DNA of 64,000 nucleotides from Macrostomum lignano. Lineage: Eukaryota. The position numbers and the translations under genes were made by a program. Location: positions 434,001 through 498,000 of the forward strand of contig NIVC01000108.1 of NCBI GenBank assembly GCA_002269645.1, in the 5' to 3' direction. Shown piece after piece: positions 43,813-54,480 of this stretch (position 1 is the first letter of the stretch; the number at the start of each line of letters is the position of its first letter). The notes under the pieces are model-generated. The model saw nothing but the letters and a program-made list of their open reading frames with translations, was not told the DNA's origin and searched no databases.

Positions 43813-46800
43813 ATGAGTGACCGCGAGGACAGGAGTGCCACTGCTGGCTCTCCAAATCCAGACGCTTCTGCTCAGGAAAGAAAGTTTGTGGCAAGCAACA
43901 CTACAGACTCAGAGCCACTTCTTGCTAGTACCATTGCCGCACTGCACCGGTTGTTAGAAAATCAATTCTCAAGAGAGTCCCGTTCTCAATCGTTCTACCA
44001 GAGTCAACAGAAGGAAACAGCTTCAGGCATTAAGCTTCGGCCGCCACCGTTGTTCACTTGCACCACGAAGTTTGATGCCTGGGAAGCTCAGTTCAATGCG
44101 TACATTGAAGCTCATAGGGCTCCTTACTTTCAACAGACTGCAGTCCTGCTGTCCCTTCTGGCACCAGAATGCCAGGAGTACTTTCTAAATAACAATCTCA
44201 CGGATCAGACCTGTGAAGAGGCACTGAAGTCTATGAGAGCGCGTTACACTGACTCTAACGTTAGGGAGAAAAGTTATATGGAACTAGTTGCCGCTCACCA
44301 GAACAGCACCGAATCGATTGCCGAGTTTTACGATAGGTTAGCATCTTATGCCCGGTTAGCAGACCTCTCATCAACCGAAGCTGAACCTTTATTACGAGCG
44401 AGGCTGTGCCATGGCATTCGGGATAAGGTGCTCGCAGAAAAACTCTTGCTTTGGAGCAGTGATGCAGGGGTGAGTGATGAGTCTAGTGGGGCAAAGGCTA
44501 AGACTGTCCCGTCTGCCCAGTTGGTTAAGAAGGCCAAGGAGATCGTTGGTATTCAGCAACTTCTGCAACCCGCTCCAAACTCCTCTGCGAATATCCGTGT
44601 CCTTGAAACCGAGAAGGCGTCTCTGGAGGCAAGAGTAGAAGAGCTAGAGAGACTCCTTCGACTCCAGAACCAGGCTGGAGTTTCCAAGCCTGTTGCTGTC
44701 AACCAACCACAACCATCTAACAAGTCAATCCAAAATTCAAACCAACACAAGCCACATAACAAGCACAAGAATAAACAACCGCCAAATCACGGGGCAACTC
44801 AGCAATTTGGTACAGCGGTGTCCAGATCAAGGAAATGCTACAGGTGCGGTGGTGAGGACCATTTCATTGCCGACTGTCCCATCACACCATCACCTCCAAT
44901 AGCTCACCAGACCGCTGCTAAGAGTCATCCTCCAAATAATCAGGCCCAGCATATGTCGGAGGTTGGTTCAATTGTTTCCTGGAAGGGGAACTTCGGGTTC
45001 ATTCAATCAGAACAACTTCCCGACCAGCTCTTCTTTCACCGTGGTGAGCTGTCTGAATCCTTGAACCGTTCCGCTGACCAACACCAACTCGTAGGCACAA
45101 GAGTCCAATTCCATCGGAAAATTGACTCTGGCAAGAAGCGCGATCAGGCTTGTGGGGTAAGGCCAATTCCATCGATCAATCAGACACATTTAGGCCAAAC
45201 TATTCGGTTGGGGAGAGAGTTCCCGCGGTTTCTAGAACTTTCTGTCAAACTGAGTTTTTTTAAACAAAAAGCCAATTAAGAAATAAAATAATCACCATCA
45301 CAATCGATCACCTTCTGCCATTTTTCGGGCAGACTCATAATACCGTCACTGTAAAATTTCTCTGGCTTTGAAGTGAAAAAGTTGTTCAGCCAGTTATCGA
45401 GCTCTTCATCATCAGCGAAGGTTTTGTTGTTCAAGGCGTTGGCCAGAGACAAAAACAGGTGATAGTCGCTTGGTGCCAAGTCTGGTGAATACGGTGGATG
45501 GGGCACCAATTCCCAGCCAAGGTCCAGTAGCTTTTGGCGAGTCACCCTAGCAGTGTGTGGACGAGCGTTATCATGGAGGAATCGTACCGGGCCATGGTTC
45601 GGACGCTTCTGTGCGATGGCGGCGGCCAATCGGTCCAGCTGTTGGCAGTATAGGTCGGCCGTAATCGATGTGTTGGGTGGCAGCAGTTCGTAGTAGATGA
45701 CGCCCTTGCAGTCCCACCACACGCACAGCATGACCTTGCGTGGGTGGAGTCCGGCCTTTGGCTGCAGCTCAGGCGTCGCGTCAGCATCAACCCATAATCG
45801 TCGACGTTTGATGTTGACGTACAGGCACCACTTTTCATCGCCCGTAACGATGGACTTCAGCCAGTTGTGCGTGCGCCTGTAGGAGAGGAGAGAAGTGGCC
45901 ACCTCTGCCCTGCGCTCCTTGTCCCAATCTGACAATTGGTGGGGTACCCATTGTGCCAGCTTGTACACTTTGCCCAGCTGATGCAAATGACTGGTGACCG
46001 TTTTATGGTCTACATCAAGGACTTGCGCTAACTCACGCGTGGTTTGCCGAGGGTCAGCCTCTAGGAGTGTGCGCAGCCGGTCGTCATCAACCTCGGAGGG
46101 ACGACCTGACCGGGGCAAATCTTCGAGGTTAAAATTTCCCTGGCGAAACCGCGCAAACCAGTCCTGGGCAGTGCGTTCAGACACGGTACCCGCACCAAAT
46201 GCAGCGTTGATGCGACGGCTGGATTCTGTGGCTGACAGTCCAGATTTGAAGTCGTAGAGCAGGAGACTACGAATATAGGCCCGAGAGAGATCCATAATGC
46301 TGGTGACTAGTGAGTACTCTCTTTGGTTTAAATAGCATGTTAGAATCACACACACCCACCCTCAATATATACCCACACAGCCGGGCTCTGGAATGTTCCA
46401 GAAAGTTCTTAGACAGAAAGTTCTAGAAACCGCGGGAACTTTCTCCCCAACCGAATAGTTCCGATGAGCCTGCGGTGGATTCCAGCTTCTTTGTCCAGTT
46501 GCGAATCGGGGACAACCAAGTTATGGCTTGCCTTGACTCGGGGGCAAACGCCAGCGTGATGGGGAAGCAAGCCATGGAGAGACTGGTTGAAGCCGATCCG
46601 ATCAACAACATCTTTTCGCCAGCGCACAAAGACGCAAAGGCAACGGCTTTCAACGGGTCCACCACCCAGATTTTAGGCTCTTTACGTTGCGAAGTGGAAC
46701 TAGGCAAGATTAAAAAACATCACGTTTTCCTTGTGACCGAAGAATCCACTGCTGAATCGCTCTTAGGTATTGATTTCCTCCGTGGTTTCCAGGTGCTGCT

Positions 46801-46933
46801 GGATTTCACCTGTGGCCAGGTACTCGTGGCCGGTGGAGCAGTGCCTGTGATCGAGGGCAATAAGGGGGTGTTTCGCATACGCCGTGTATTGGCTGCTTGT
46901 ACCTCTGACTACCACCTCACTCGGAAACCCTAG
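43813..46933 (+). CDS. Gypsy Gag with CCHC knuckle, cold-shock-like domain and aspartic protease, interrupted by a mariner
   Basis: Removing 45203-46457 rejoins the frame (...LGQT-SSDEPAVDSSFFVQL...). CYRCGGEDHFIADC at 44836-44877, GSIVSWKGNFGFIQ...LFFH from 44953, protease LDSGA near 46530. Confidence 0.9.
45203..46455 (-). mobile_element. Full-length mariner (DD34D), 1253 bp
   Basis: TIRs TTCGGTTGGGGAGAGAGTTCCCGCGGTTTCTAGAACTTTCTGTC (1 mismatch between ends); TA target duplication. Confidence 0.97.
45276..46295 (-). CDS. Intact mariner transposase, 339 aa
   Basis: WVPHQL, TGDEKW, HDNARPH and YSPDLAPSDY, with exactly 34 residues between the second and third Asp. Confidence 0.96.
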   Translation of the reverse strand: MDLSRAYIRSLLLYDFKSGLSATESSRRINAAFGAGTVSERTAQDWFARFRQGNFNLEDLPRSGRPSEVDDDRLRTLLEADPRQTTRELAQVLDVDHKTVTSHLHQLGKVYKLAQWVPHQLSDWDKERRAEVATSLLSYRRTHNWLKSIVTGDEKWCLYVNIKRRRLWVDADATPELQPKAGLHPRKVMLCVWWDCKGVIYYELLPPNTSITADLYCQQLDRLAAAIAQKRPNHGPVRFLHDNARPHTARVTRQKLLDLGWELVPHPPYSPDLAPSDYHLFLSLANALNNKTFADDEELDNWLNNFFTSKPEKFYSDGIMSLPEKWQKVIDCDGDYFIS

Positions 46934-49900
46934 TGCCGAGTCGAGTGGTTGACACTGTGCCAAACCTGAGTGGCACAGTCTCCTCTAAACTTTTCAATAC
47001 AGACTCAGAATTTTTTGTAGCTAGGTCAGTGGATAGAGTCAGCCCGACGAATCACGTGTTAGTCCGATTGCTAAATAGTAGCGATCAACCAGCTAGGATT
47101 GAGCGTGACCAAGAGATTGCATCTTTTCAAGAGCTCGGTCATGGAGAAGTTGTAGTACCAACTGCTCTGTCTGAGAAGGATTTTTCCATAGACAACTGCA
47201 ATCTCCTCAATAGTAAGCTTTCAAGATTACCACCACCAGAAAAAGGTACAGCAGAATGGCTTGTGAAACAGTTCCGACTCGACCAGTCCAGTCTGACTCC
47301 AAATCAATTAGCCCTAACTTTGCGCATGCTTAATTACTTTTTAAGCCAGATCTCGCAGGATGATAGTGATCTCGGTCGAACAAAGCTACATGAAATGTCA
47401 ATCGATCTGATTGACAAGGACAGTCGTCCGGTTCTGCTCGCTTCGAGGAGAACAACTCCAGCTCAAAAGGAGTTTTTAGACCAACATATTAGTCAACTAC
47501 TCAAGCAGGATGTAATTGAAGAGTGTGATTCAGACTGGGTATCACCGATAGTGTTAGTTAAGAAGAAAGACGGGTCTCAGAGACTATGTATTGACTACCG
47601 AGCTGTAAACAAGTTAATTAGACCCTGTAGTTTTCCATTGCCATTAATTGAGGAGTCGTTTGACAGCCTGGCTGGTTCTTCGGTGTTCAGCAGCCTTGAT
47701 TTAACCTCTGCCTATTGGCAGGTGGGAATCAAAGAAGAAGACAGAGATTTTACAGCTTTCTCTTGTCCACAGGGCACGTTTCGTTGGAAAGTAATACCAT
47801 TCGGAATCAAAACAGCCCCAGCGAATTTCGCTAAATTAATGCACAAGGTATTTCAACCATTGCTTATGAAAGTTAGCCTAATTTACCTCGATGATATAAT
47901 AATAAAAGCACAGAATAATGACCAAATGATCGCGCACCTAGCGCTGGTGCTTTGGCAACTTCGCAAGGCCAATCTGAAGATTAAACCTGCGAAGTGTGAG
48001 CTATTTAAAGATAGAGTTAAGTTCTTAGGGTTCATAGTCTCGTCTAACGGTATCGAAGCCGACCCAGCCAAGACTCGAGCGGTCCAAGAGTGGTGTAGAC
48101 CGAAAGACAAGAAACAGTTAATGGCGTTTCTTGGCTTTGCCAACTATTATAGGAAATTCGTACAACGATTCTCAGTTATTGCCACGCCGCTGTACGCGCT
48201 GGCTAAAGGTTCGGAAAAGTTCGTGTGGTTAGAACGCCACGAACGCGCATTCCAAGAACTCAAGCGCTGTTTGTGCAACCCACCGGTATTAGCGTATCCG
48301 GACTTGTCTCCCGACAGTCGTGGGTTCGTGCTCGACTGCGACAGTTCACTTGAAGGAGTTGGCGGCGTGCTATCTCAGATAGGCCCAGATGGGTCAGAAC
48401 AAGTCGTTGCGTACGCATCTAAGAAATTTTCACAGAGTCAGTCGAACTATTGTGCAACCATGCGCGAGTTACTAGGGTTAGTACTCATGCTAGAACACTT
48501 TCGTACATATCTGTTAGATCGACCTTTCACAGTCAGAGTGGATGCCGCAGCCCTGCAGTGGCTTCATTCTAAGAAACATGCCACAGGCATGCTCGCGCAG
48601 TGGCTCGCGACCATAGATTTGTACGAATTCAAGATCGAACAGTCAGCTCTTGAAAGAGTCGGAGAATACGACTTTGAGGTCCAGTACCGGCCAGGGAAAG
48701 ACCATGTGGCGGCAGATATGCTGAGCCGAAATCCTCGCTTTCGTGCCGATCACTTCGACTGTCCGTCATGCAGCATGGTACCTGAATTTCAAGAGAAATT
48801 TAAAAGCGAGAAAGCTAAAAAGTCAGCATCAGTTAACATCAGAAGGCAACAAGTTGACGCCGCAGTGCAATGCTCTGTAGCGGACGTATGTTGCCAGACA
48901 GACTCGCCTGTCACGAGCTGTCACAATATCGAAACAGTAGTAACATCAGCCTGTCAAACCGAGAAATTCACAAGCAACACATCAACTCAGTGCACATTTT
49001 TCACTACAGTTCCGGTCACAGAGGCCGCTGTCGAAGCGACAATGCCAATCGAAACGTCTCGACTAGCAGTCAGGGTAGCTGAAGTCGAACAATCGGCATC
49101 CAGTGAATCCTCAGTCGAGTCAGTTGACCCGGAACTAGAATGGGCACGTGAATCACAAGAGACTTGCGTTGACATCGCTCAGCTGATCGATTGCGTGCAG
49201 GGCCGTACAGAAAAGCCTCCTAAGGCTAGCCTGCAGAGTTGCAGTCGTGAAGTTAGAATCTTGTGGTCGCTGTTCGATGAACTGAAAGTCGAAAATGGGC
49301 TCTTATATCACCTTAAGCCGAAAAAGAACAAAAAATCAGTCAATAAGCTGTTAGTGATTCCAGAGACCGCAGATGTTGTCGAGTTGGTGTCAAAATACCA
49401 CCGACAGCTCAATCACTGCGGCATCACAAAAACCCTGACAGCTATTCGATCTCGTTTCGCCATCGCCGACCTAAAAACTTATGTCAAGGGAATCATAGCT
49501 GAGTGTGACGTCTGCGCCAGAACAAAAAAGTCAAAACTGAAGCATAAAGCCCCGCTGCAGCCCGAACTCTCGGGCTACCCGGGCCAGGTAGTCCACGTTG
49601 ATCACGCTGGTCCGTTTCCCGAGCAAGCAGGATATAGGTACTTGCTCGTGATGGTTGACCGATTTTCGGGTTTTGTAGAGGTCATTCCCGTAGCCGATGT
49701 CTCAGCGGAAACGACTGCAGTCAATATCCTGACCGAATGGATCGCGAGATACGGGTGCATGGAACAGATAGTCTCGGACAACGGTACAGCCTTTGTCAAC
49801 AGCACCGTATCTGAGCTCACTCGACTTCTCGAGGTGGACATGGCGCGTGTCACAGCACGACGTCCACAAGCGAACGGGAAGGTTGAGCGAATGATACAGA

Positions 49901-51045
49901 CAGTTAAAGGTCAGATTCGTGCTATTTGCTTGGATCGGCAGTTCGATTGGCCTCTTGCAGCCCGGCTAGCAGCTCTCTCGATTCGGGCAACAGTCGCCGA
50001 ATCCACTGGATTTTCTCCCGCAAAGATCTTCTTTGGACACGAGCTAAATCTGCCACTGGATCTCGTTCATAATCCACCAGTTCAAGATAGGTACAGACCT
50101 GAACTGTATGCACATTATCTGCACCAGACGCTCGTGGAGGTATCAGCGGCTGCGCGCCATGCCCGTGGAAAGGCCCAAGAGCGCCAAAAGCGCTACTATG
50201 ACCGCAGCGCGCTGAACTCTAACTTTGAGATAGGCGATCTTGTATGGGTCCTCAACGCCGACCATCGTGGCCTCGACAGTGCTGTCTGGTTTGGACCATA
50301 CAAGGTGGTGCAAAAGATTTCGGAGAGGAATTACAGACTCATTCCAGAATTCGCTAGAATAAATCCTTTGGAGCGCATTCCCAACCCGTCTCACAATGTG
50401 TACAATATCGATCGGATGAAGCGCTGTGTGCGCAAACAGACTTATGAAGATGTTGTGGACAGGTACGGGACTCGCATGCCAGCCAGAATGCCGTCGTCAA
50501 GAGTAGGCTTGCGAGGAGACGACCAGTCTACCTGGTTGTCTTCGTGCTCCATCAACGGTTCCAATCAAAGTGCTGCGACTCAACCGCTCCAGGTATCAGA
50601 AAGTGCGTCATCAGCGCTTGTGGATGAGTCCCAGCAGGTTACCACAGTTGCCACTCCCGACCTGCCAGTTGCAGTGCCACCCCCGCCGATGGAGCCCTTG
50701 GAAGGAGAGGCGGGAGTAATCGATGAAGGTGATCCGCACGAGGTTTCGAACGGTAAACAGAGTGGCAGAGCTGTGTTCGATGAAAATGGCGATCTGTTGG
50801 AGGAGGCGGCAGAAGATGTCACCGAGGAGCAAGCTCCGGCTGAAGACAGTCCCGTTAGGGGGGAAGCCGGTATGCCGGTAGAAGCCATCGAGGATCCTGA
50901 CAGTGAGACCACGATGGAAGCTGTCGCTCCACAAGAACAGATTGACGCCATTTCCTTGCCTCAATCGACACAGACGACTAGATCCGGAAGGATTGTTACC
51001 AAACCGGCACGTTTTCGAAATTTTCTAGCACAGCTATTTAATTAA
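46909..51045 (+). CDS. Gypsy Pol: RT, RNase H, integrase (HHCC, D,D35E, GPY/F)
   Basis: WVSPIVLVKKKDGSQRLCIDYR, YLDD, DSSLEGVGGVLSQ, HRQLNH...CDVC, VDHAG, SDNG-x35-E and FGPYKV. Offset -1 from the protease frame near 46906-46909. Confidence 0.96.
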   Translation, partial: LPPHSETLVPSRVVDTVPNLSGTVSSKLFNTDSEFFVARSVDRVSPTNHVLVRLLNSSDQPARIERDQEIASFQELGHGEVVVPTALSEKDFSIDNCNLLNSKLSRLPPPEKGTAEWLVKQFRLDQSSLTPNQLALTLRMLNYFLSQISQDDSDLGRTKLHEMSIDLIDKDSRPVLLASRRTTPAQKEFLDQHISQLLKQDVIEECDSDWVSPIVLVKKKDGSQRLCIDYRAVNKLIRPCSFPLPLIEESFDSLAGSSVFSSLDLTSAYWQVGIKEEDRDFTAFSCPQGTFRWKVIPFGIKTAPANFAKLMHKVFQPLLMKVSLIYLDDIIIKAQNNDQMIAHLALVLWQLRKANLKIKPAKCELFKDRVKFLGFIVSSNGIEADPAKTRAVQEWCRPKDKKQLMAFLGFANYYRKFVQRFSVIATPLYALAKGSEKFVWLERHERAFQELKRCLCNPPVLAYPDLSPDSRGFVLDCDSSLEGVGGVLSQIGPDGSEQVVAYASKKFSQSQSNYCATMRELLGLVLMLEHFRTYLLDRPFTVRVDAAALQWLHSKKHATGMLAQWLATIDLYEFKIEQSALERVGEYDFEVQYRPGKDHVAADMLSRNPRFRADHFDCPSCSMVPEFQEKFKSEKAKKSASVNIRRQQVDAAVQCSVADVCCQTDSPVTSCHNIETVVTSACQTEKFTSNTSTQCTFFTTVPVTEAAVEATMPIETSRLAVRVAEVEQSASSESSVESVDPELEWARESQETCVDIAQLIDCVQGRTEKPPKASLQSCSREVRILWSLFDELKVENGLLYHLKPKKNKKSVNKLLVIPETADVVELVSKYHRQLNHCGITKTLTAIRSRFAIADLKTYVKGIIAECDVCARTKKSKLKHKAPLQPELSGYPGQVVHVDHAGPFPEQAGYRYLLVMVDRFSGFVEVIPVADVSAETTAVNILTEWIARYGCMEQIVSDNGTAFVNSTVSELTRLLEVDMARVTARRPQANGKVERMIQTVKGQIRAICLDRQFDWPLAARLAALSIRATVAESTGFSPAKIFFGHELNLPLDLVHNPPVQDRYRPELYAHYLHQTLVEVSAAARHARGKAQERQKRYYDRSALNSNFEIGDLVWVLNADHRGLDSAVWFGPYKVVQKISERNYRLIPEFARINPLERIPNPSHNVYNIDRMKRCVRKQTYEDVVDRYGTRMPARMPSSRVGLRGDDQSTWLSSCSINGSNQSAATQPLQVSESASSALVDESQQVTTVATPDLPVAVPPPPMEPLEGEAGVIDEGDPHEVSNGKQSGRAVFDENGDLLEEAAEDVTEEQAPAEDSPVRGEAGMPVEAIEDPDSETTMEAVAPQEQIDAISLPQSTQTTRSGRIVTKPARFRNFLAQLFN

Positions 51046-52899
51046 TAAAAAATCGATCGCAACTCGCTCGGACCGGGTAAAATTAATATTCAGAAAATAT
51101 TCCTTTAAAAACGCATAAAAACTAATATAATTGTCACAAAAAAATAAAATAAACAGGGTTGTTCCAAGATAACAAAGTACAGAGTTCATACATCATCAGT
51201 TCATACATGTAGTTTACGGTCCTAGAGTTTAGTTAATTTGCATCGTCATTCAATCGCGTGTCGTCTGTACTTAAGTAGCGCTTGTCGGTCTTTAGTGCGT
51301 TTTCTGCCGCCGTTGTCAAGCCTGTGTGGCTGTGCAGAGCACCATAGGGTCTCTGTTCGTCTGGTTCCGAGGTCGGTTCCGGCGCCGTTGATCGGCGTGC
51401 CCTTGCGGTCGTTCTTGATCGGTCCCCGGCTGGGTTCGTGTTTGTGCGCGGACCTGAGCTCGCCTCCGGGCTTGCTCGAATTCTTTTCCCGTTTCTCTCG
51501 TGCTCCGTTTGCTTGGTGTTTCTAGGTTGCTAGGTGCGCCCTGTTTCGTCTCGCTTTGGTGTGTTCTCTTAGTCATAGGGTGTGCCTGTGCCGGTTTTGC
51601 GTCTCGTGATTTGCTTTGTAGTGTTTTGAGTTGGTTTGCGACACCTTTGATATTTCCTATAATTAATCATTGTGAGTACTTTAATTCGGCTCTAACTCGT
51701 TGCACCAAATATCGTTCAATATTTTGAAATGCGAGAAGCATTTCTTTGACAAATATCTGTTTTAATTCCTGTTCGTTCCAATGCTTTGTGTATTTTTCAA
51801 TATTTTCATCCGAATAACTGATGCCAACAATACCAGGAATTGAACTCGCATGTAAATTATTTTGTTCGGTATTTTCGAAATAAGTTTTTTGTTAATAATT
51901 CTTCATCGCTGTTCGATATATTCGTATTTTCTGTTTTTCGTTTTTCAGTATTTTTTAGTAGAGGGGCGGGTGTGACAGTGTGATTCGTAGAATCGCGTGT
52001 ATCGTATTTCTTTATTTTCGTATGCATACCGTATTCTTTCATTTATTTTAACAATATTCGTACGTATTATTATCGCGCTATTTTTACGGTTAATTGCTTT
52101 GTTTTTTGTAGCCTCATGTATTTATTCTATTATTTGTATTTCATTCATATCGTTATTATTTATCGTAAAGTAGTCCTACCTATGTACATGTACTGACGTA
52201 TGTTATTCTTGTATGATATATTTATCGATTAATTTGTACATGTACATTTCGCCTGAGTGGGGTTTGTCTGGTTTTTGGATTAAGCTTGTTGTTATCTTGT
52301 TTACTCACCAATTATAAAAATACACTTGCAGTCAGCGGGGCCGCTCTCTCCATTTGCTTCGTCACTTCGCTTCTCGCTCTAAGCTTGCGGGTCCCTTAGC
52401 TGTCTGGCCTCTTTACCTTAACCCTCTACCGCCTGCCTCAGCCCACCCACCAATCAACTGAATCCTGACCGGCCCTTGCTAGGCGCATCAAATTAAGCAC
52501 CAATCCAAATATACTAAATCTGCAAATTCACGCTAAGGATAAAATCGGCTGCTGATCTGCTGGATCGTAGATTAATCCCAATTATCCGCTACACAAAGTC
52601 TTCCGCTTTATTCGTCACAAAATTTAGCGAACGAACTGCCGCGTTCAAATCGATACCGAAGTTTCCGAGAGTCCGAGTCAATTTAAACAAATTAAAGATG
52701 CAAAGGAAGCTCCGGCTGCTGAGTTCCTAAGGCTCAGGGGAGAGCTACTTGTGGTCGTGACTGAGAGATCGAAGATTATGCCGTCCTTTAGAATGCCGAG
52801 CAGACAGGATTGCTGGCGAAACGCGAATTGGAGAGCTTAGCAAAAAATCGAGGATACTCCAAAAGTTTTGCAATTCGTGAGAGTGCTTGCCAGTCGTGA

Positions 52900-53110
52900 T
52901 CGACAGCGTGACCCAGAGGGCGCCAAGGACGGGAATACGAGGGCGGAAACTTCACCATGACAACGCCCCCGCCCACACGGCTGCTGCAACTCGAGCGTTC
53001 CTGGACCAAGAGGGCATTTCAACGCTACCACACCCGCCCTACTCACCAGACCTCGCCCCCTGCGACTTCTGGCTCTTTCCAGAAATCAAAAAGTCGCTTA
53101 GGGGGCGCAG
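52900..53110 (+). pseudogene. Mariner transposase C-terminal fragment
   Basis: LHHDNAPAHTA...LPHPPYSPDLAPCDFWLFPEIK. Confidence 0.88.
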
Positions 53111-54199
53111 AGCTATAAATTGTGCCTTTCTTATAGCTCTATTGATATTCATTAAGCTTTTTCGTTCCGAAAGAAACTGCCTCCCTGCCTCCACCCAGTC
53201 TCAGATCCACTCCGCCAACCAGATTAATTGATCACTCTTAGTCTTAGAGCTGTAGCTGGTGAATCTGCTTCTGCCATACTCACTGCTCTTGTGCCTCGGA
53301 CACAAATTCTGCATTAACATCTCAATACTCCACCTTTGGAATCAGAAAAATTTCTGAAAATTTGCTCATCTTGCTTCTTCTTCTTTACCGGCTTAAGCAG
53401 GGTCGGGAGTATTTTGATGAAGCCAGTCTCCAATATCTTTTCTGGTGAGTAATTTTGCGATTTATCTCTGTTGACTTTGCAAGAATAGCTTTTTCATCGA
53501 GCGAAAACGATAGATTGTTTTGCAACAAATTATGGCAGGCCTCGGCAAGAAAATAGTGCGCTTCTTTTGGACAATTTTGCTTGAAGCTCACAGTATATTT
53601 AGGTAACGCAAGATACCTAATAAGAACTTCCATACCGATGAAAACAATAGCTGATAAAAAAAGTTTTACTTTCATAAGCAAATACAAGATGGGGTTGCAG
53701 CTGGTTGGGCAGAATTCTGGCCCGCACTCGCAGCTCATCGGGAGTTGGTGGGTGCAGGGTCTAGGAACAGGTAGGCTCCCCTGCCCTGCGTGGTCACGTG
53801 CTCGACTACTAACAGCAGAAAGCCGGGTTGATCTGCAACGCACTGCCTGCCCAGTGCTGCAATCTGCATGACAGCTCGTCTCTGGGCTTTTCATGATAGC
53901 AAGGTACATTAATTGCATTCAGGCTCGCTATTCGCGACTCTTCTCCCTTGAAAAATATATTCTGAGTCAGCATCACCAAAAAGCACTTGGTGATGTGCGA
54001 TTCCAGTAAAAGCATTTCCCGCTGAAGCAGAATTTAAACTTTCGTCTATTTCTAAGTCATCGAAAACATCCCGGTCATTAGGGTTAAGGGCTGTCTCGAT
54101 GTTGGTGGGAAATCCCTGGTGCAGATGCACATAAATGCACAGCTCGTAAATTAGATAAAAATATCTCAGCTAATTTCGGCAGCGACGAGGTAGATCATT

Positions 54200-54480
54200 G
54201 TCTACGCATATTTTAGGGATTAAAAGGCTGTACGAAGTACATGAGCTGATACAAAAAAGTCAGTGCAAATTTTACGACCCCGATTTGGGAAGAGCTTTCG
54301 GAGCTGTGAACGCTTGTGCAGAGATTGTGATGCTCTACGGCAGTTTCAAAGATAAAGGATCGCTATGTAATCAATCGATATGGAACAAAAATTGGGTAAT
54401 CGTGATTGATGCGATGAAGCTGCGAAAGGAGTTATGTTGGAGTAGAGCAAAGGGTGAATTCGTTGGCTACGAAGACTAGG
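54200..54480 (+). pseudogene. P-element/THAP9-like transposase fragment
   Basis: VIVIDAMKLRKELCWSRAKGEFVGYED resembles the P-element first catalytic-Asp motif (LxxDEMxIxxxLxW...FxGxxD). Confidence 0.55.

Larger units (their letters stand above)
42096..52619 (+). mobile_element. Full-length Ty3/Gypsy LTR retrotransposon
   Basis: LTRs TGTGAC...GTCACA at 42096-43132 (649 bp plus a 388-bp MITE insertion) and 51971-52619 (649 bp), with no other difference seen by eye. 4-bp TSD AAAT, PBS at 43139, PPT AGAGGGGCGGG at 51960-51970, domain order gag-PR-RT-RH-IN. Confidence 0.98.

Noticed and set aside
51238-51727. Short ORFs between integrase and the 3' LTR as an env gene
   Set aside because: All are under 100 aa, with no coherent signal peptide/TM architecture.
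53385-54130. Cys-rich minus-strand ORFs as a host gene
   Set aside because: No consistent splice model or recognisable domain; they lie among TE fragments.
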